Part shown: positions 60,745 to 64,000 of the stretch, piece after piece
Numbering within the stretch: the stretch's first letter is position 1
How the letters are laid out: every line of letters begins with the position of its first letter
DNA from: Lepidodermella squamata
Taxonomy: Eukaryota; Animalia; Gastrotricha
Length of the DNA stretch: 64,000 bases
Direction of reading: 5' to 3'
NCBI GenBank assembly: GCA_047495785.1
Contig: JBLDXI010000003.1
Coordinates: forward strand, 2,666,001 to 2,730,000
Position numbers and translations under genes: made by a program
Notes under the pieces: generated by a model
Told to the model about the DNA's origin: nothing
Databases searched by the model: none
Seen by the model: only the letters and a program-made list of their open reading frames with translations

Positions 60745-61584
60745 TCCATTTTTTTCAACCAAGACAAAAGTGTGGATACTTGTACAAAAATGATCGCAGT
60801 TGTATAGTCAAAATAAATATGGAAAAATCAACCCTAGATACGAAATAAGCCATTCATGTTCCGGCGTAAGGGATTGCACTATGGTTAGCCATGGAGAAAT
60901 GTAATTTCCCCACTCTCTGAAACCCCTCGATTCGTTTGGCTGCGCCAAACTCACTCGGGGTTCTAAAGAGGGGGAAATTGTATTGCAATAAATTTTATTT
61001 ATTATTTATTTATTTAGAAGCTATTACACCCAAAGAGGGAAGCTTGACAAAGTGTAAGGAAAACAACATATAATTGCAGGACAGGATCACATTTAGGACG
61101 GGAAAGGTGTTGTAGAAGAAACAAATTGTGAATATTGGAATAAAATGTCTTTCATATATCGGTGGATTTTCAAATTCAGTTGTTAAAAATGATCACAAAT
61201 CTTTGTGTATGCAAGCCGGTTGAGCATTTCATCGCGATATTTAGCAATGTTTACACAAATTCGCAGACAGCTCACTTATAATGCATGCGTTGTTTGCTTT
61301 AGCATTCCGATTCCTTAAGCTGAGCTCATTTCAGTTATTCACCACTAAGGGAATACTCAATGGCTTTCCATGGAGAGATTGGATTTCTTTATTGAAAGCC
61401 ATAGAGTAATTCTATTCCTACATGCGCACTATCTGGAGCTACTTTTAAGGGTGTTTAAGGGGCATACCCTTGTGAAATTAGCATAAAAAATTGGGATGAA
61501 AATTCCACCTTAATTCAGCCATAGAGAAATTCACTTTTCCAATAGCTAAATTTTACCATGCGAATCTAGGAATACTAATTACAA

Positions 61585-63015
61585 ATGTGTTTTCATAAAC
61601 TATTATGTTTTAAATGGATGTTCGCGTTCGTATTGCTCGTATCGATTCTTGTATTATGGTTTCACTTGGAAGTTTCAAAGAGAGCCTTATGTAACGTTAA
61701 ATTGACAGTTTTTCCGGAAAGCTACAGCAACTTCAAGAATGAATGTAAGGTAGAACGAGATTCTCGTGTTTGCAGCGGTATGCTCAACATTCGAAAGAAA
61801 CAATGGCATGATGGCTCGTCATTCAAGCGAGAAGAATTGTTCGATTTGAGGAACGTGCTGCTAGTTATCCAGTTTGGCGAACCTACTTATGTTGCCGCCT
61901 CAAAACTTCTGTCGCTCTATAGTGGAATTTTCGCTGACGTTGTCTTCTGTGGGTCTAACAATGATTTCTGGCCAAAACATCCGGGGACTAACCTTACCGA
62001 CAAGCTACTAACCGTTCCAGTGGATACAAGATTTGTGTCATACGGAATGCCGACGAAACACTTTGGAGAAAACGCTTATATCTGCTTGGACTTGGCTTTG
62101 GAAGACGATAAACGAGCTACAGATTACGATGGAATCCTCGTAGCGGCAGATGATGTAATTCTAAATGTTTGGACTTGGAGAGATGCTAATCTTAGCCTGA
62201 ACAAAAACTGGCTAATCAAAGTTACAGATTACTTACGAGTTTTCAAGCTTGAAAATGTTAGAACTACCATTTATATTTCAGTGAAAGTCGTATAACTATC
62301 ACAATTTTAGGGTCACTTTTGCAATGGAACGACGTCAAACAACGATAAAGACTGCCTGGCAGAGGTTTGGCCAGAGACGTGGCGTTGGTGCAAGACCTAC
62401 AAAAATGAGATGAGAAGTTTCTACGATCAATTGAAGCAGCTTGCCAGCAAAAATAAAGCTGACAGTTTCTGGCCTCAGACCTTCAATGAACTTACAAAAT
62501 CTGCCCATGGGGAAAATCGTCTCTTCAGAGGTTTGGCTGATGTTTTCTACGTCTCGAACAAATATCTAACCCAAATTCGACCCATACTGAGACTTCTCAG
62601 CAAGTTGTTACTACCCTTTACCTATTCCAAGTGTTTTAGGTTTGCGTTTAACAGAAACAGAGTTTGGCTTGAAGCCGGGGTTGAAACAGCAGTAAGGATT
62701 GTCTCTCCTCCAGAAGACATTCAACTGCTTCAACTTGACGGTAACGATTACGGCCATGGTCATACTGTTCGAAGGAATTACATGATCAACGGCTATGCAT
62801 CGTACTACCAATACATTCATCCATTCAAAATGAGCCAGGTCTTCAAAGAACGCATCAAAAGTGCCCGATTTCGATACGATGAGTCACGTCTCCATCTTCA
62901 TAGCATAAACCGCAATCATTTCAAGCAAGGGGATTGGACGATCTCTTGTGTCTATTGTTACTTGTTGAAGCTGTTTTCGTCCTACAAAACTGCTATAGAT
63001 TCTTTGAATACGTAG
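61585..63015 (+). CDS. STELLO/DUF288-like type II membrane putative glycosyltransferase, copy B
   Basis: Paralog of 53229-54584: DLRNVLLVI, LYSGIFADVVFCG, YICL, GILVAADDVILNVW, RLFRG, YIHPFK and CVYCYLL. Confidence 0.7.
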
Positions 63016-63179
63016 CGCAAATAATTGAACATTTTACTTGATATACTTGACATTATTGCACTCTAATAAGTACATGAATATTACGTTAGTTGATACAATT
63101 TTTCAAACTAACAGCATTCGTGGATGAGAAATGATAGTAAGATAACTTGATAATCGCGCTCTCCGTCTTTAGATTGCTC

Positions 63180-64000
63180 TCAATGCATGTCTTCCGATAA
63201 CTGGAAAGATCCAGTTGAATCCGATGTGACCTTTGATTTCTCCGAGATGAGACTCTTAATTTCGTCATCATCGTCATCCGGTATCTCCCAATCAGCCCAG
63301 TAGGCGCGAATAGGTTTGTCCTCGGTGATTCCGTCGACTTCGCCCCGCGACGTGAACTCGATTTCTTCAACCTTCTTGCGTAAAAGATTTCGCACAGTGT
63401 CAGAAACCTGAATTTTCATTGCTGAAATGGTACAAATGTTAATACTGTTTTTAATTATTTTAGCAAGCTAATTACGTAAGCATGTCGAGTGGATTATTGA
63501 GACGACTTGAACCGCCGAACCAATTGCGACGAATCTCGGGAATTGCAGGTAGGCCGCTCGGGCATGGCATGTACCGACGTGAATGCCGAATCGCATGGAC
63601 ACATCCTCCTCGACTCCCTCAAGGCTGTCGTTCAATTCCTTTATTTTATCCCTTAATTCCAGAGCAATGAAAACCTGATGACAAGAAATTGATAGGGATA
63701 TCCATAGGGAGTTATAACTTACCATCTCGGCAATGTGTTGATTCATAATATGATGCTCGCCGAAACCAGTCCCAATCATGATGCAGCTCCCTGAGCAAAA
63801 CGGCAGTGAAACGATGAATACGGAGACTATGAAATTACCTGTAACTTCAATTTTGAGACAGCTATGTTTTCGAAGGCAGTCTTCAATCATTTCATAAGCC
63901 GTGTACATTGTTCGGGCGAAATCTTCCAAACTCAGGTCGTTCATCAAGCTACCAACATTGCTTACATCAAATATCATCAAACAAGCATCTTAAATGAAAA
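63180..64000 (-). CDS. NIT-like 2-TM receptor with degenerate guanylate-cyclase-like domain, copy 11 (only the cyclase exons are in the window)
   Basis: IFDVSN, KIEVTGSCI, MRFGIHVG, PRFVAIGSAVQVVSIIHS and an acidic tail. Closest to copy 8. Confidence 0.85.

Overview
Gene-dense eukaryotic DNA, most likely from a compact invertebrate animal genome. Most introns are GT-AG and about 45-60 bp, so the ORF track shows only exon fragments. The main feature is a tandem array of 11 paralogous minus-strand genes (10 complete, 1 cut by the window end; 7.2-64 kb). Each has a short N-tail, TM1, a helical ectodomain resembling a degenerate NIT (nitrate/nitrite-sensing) domain, TM2, a signalling helix, a class III guanylate-cyclase-like domain and an acidic or Ser-rich tail. 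I found no frame disruptions in the exons checked, yet every copy lacks the Asn/Arg pair of the canonical 'GDTVNTASRMES' motif and 8 of 11 lack the second metal-binding Asp. I infer an expanded family of NIT-GC-derived pseudo-cyclase receptors. Interleaved genes include two atypical Cys-loop channel subunits, two calcyphosine-like EF-hand genes, two STELLO/DUF288-like genes, a Ly6 protein, an ADF/cofilin-like gene, an SGNH hydrolase, a degenerate 2OG-Fe(II) oxygenase-like gene, an orphan surface protein and an intronless GABA-B-like GPCR. The left end holds the 3' part of a FAT-like cadherin, an orphan membrane protein with a MITE-like intronic element, and a small heat-shock protein. All family calls come from motif recognition by eye, with no database search. 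Coordinates of spliced genes are outer limits, and start codons are best guesses.
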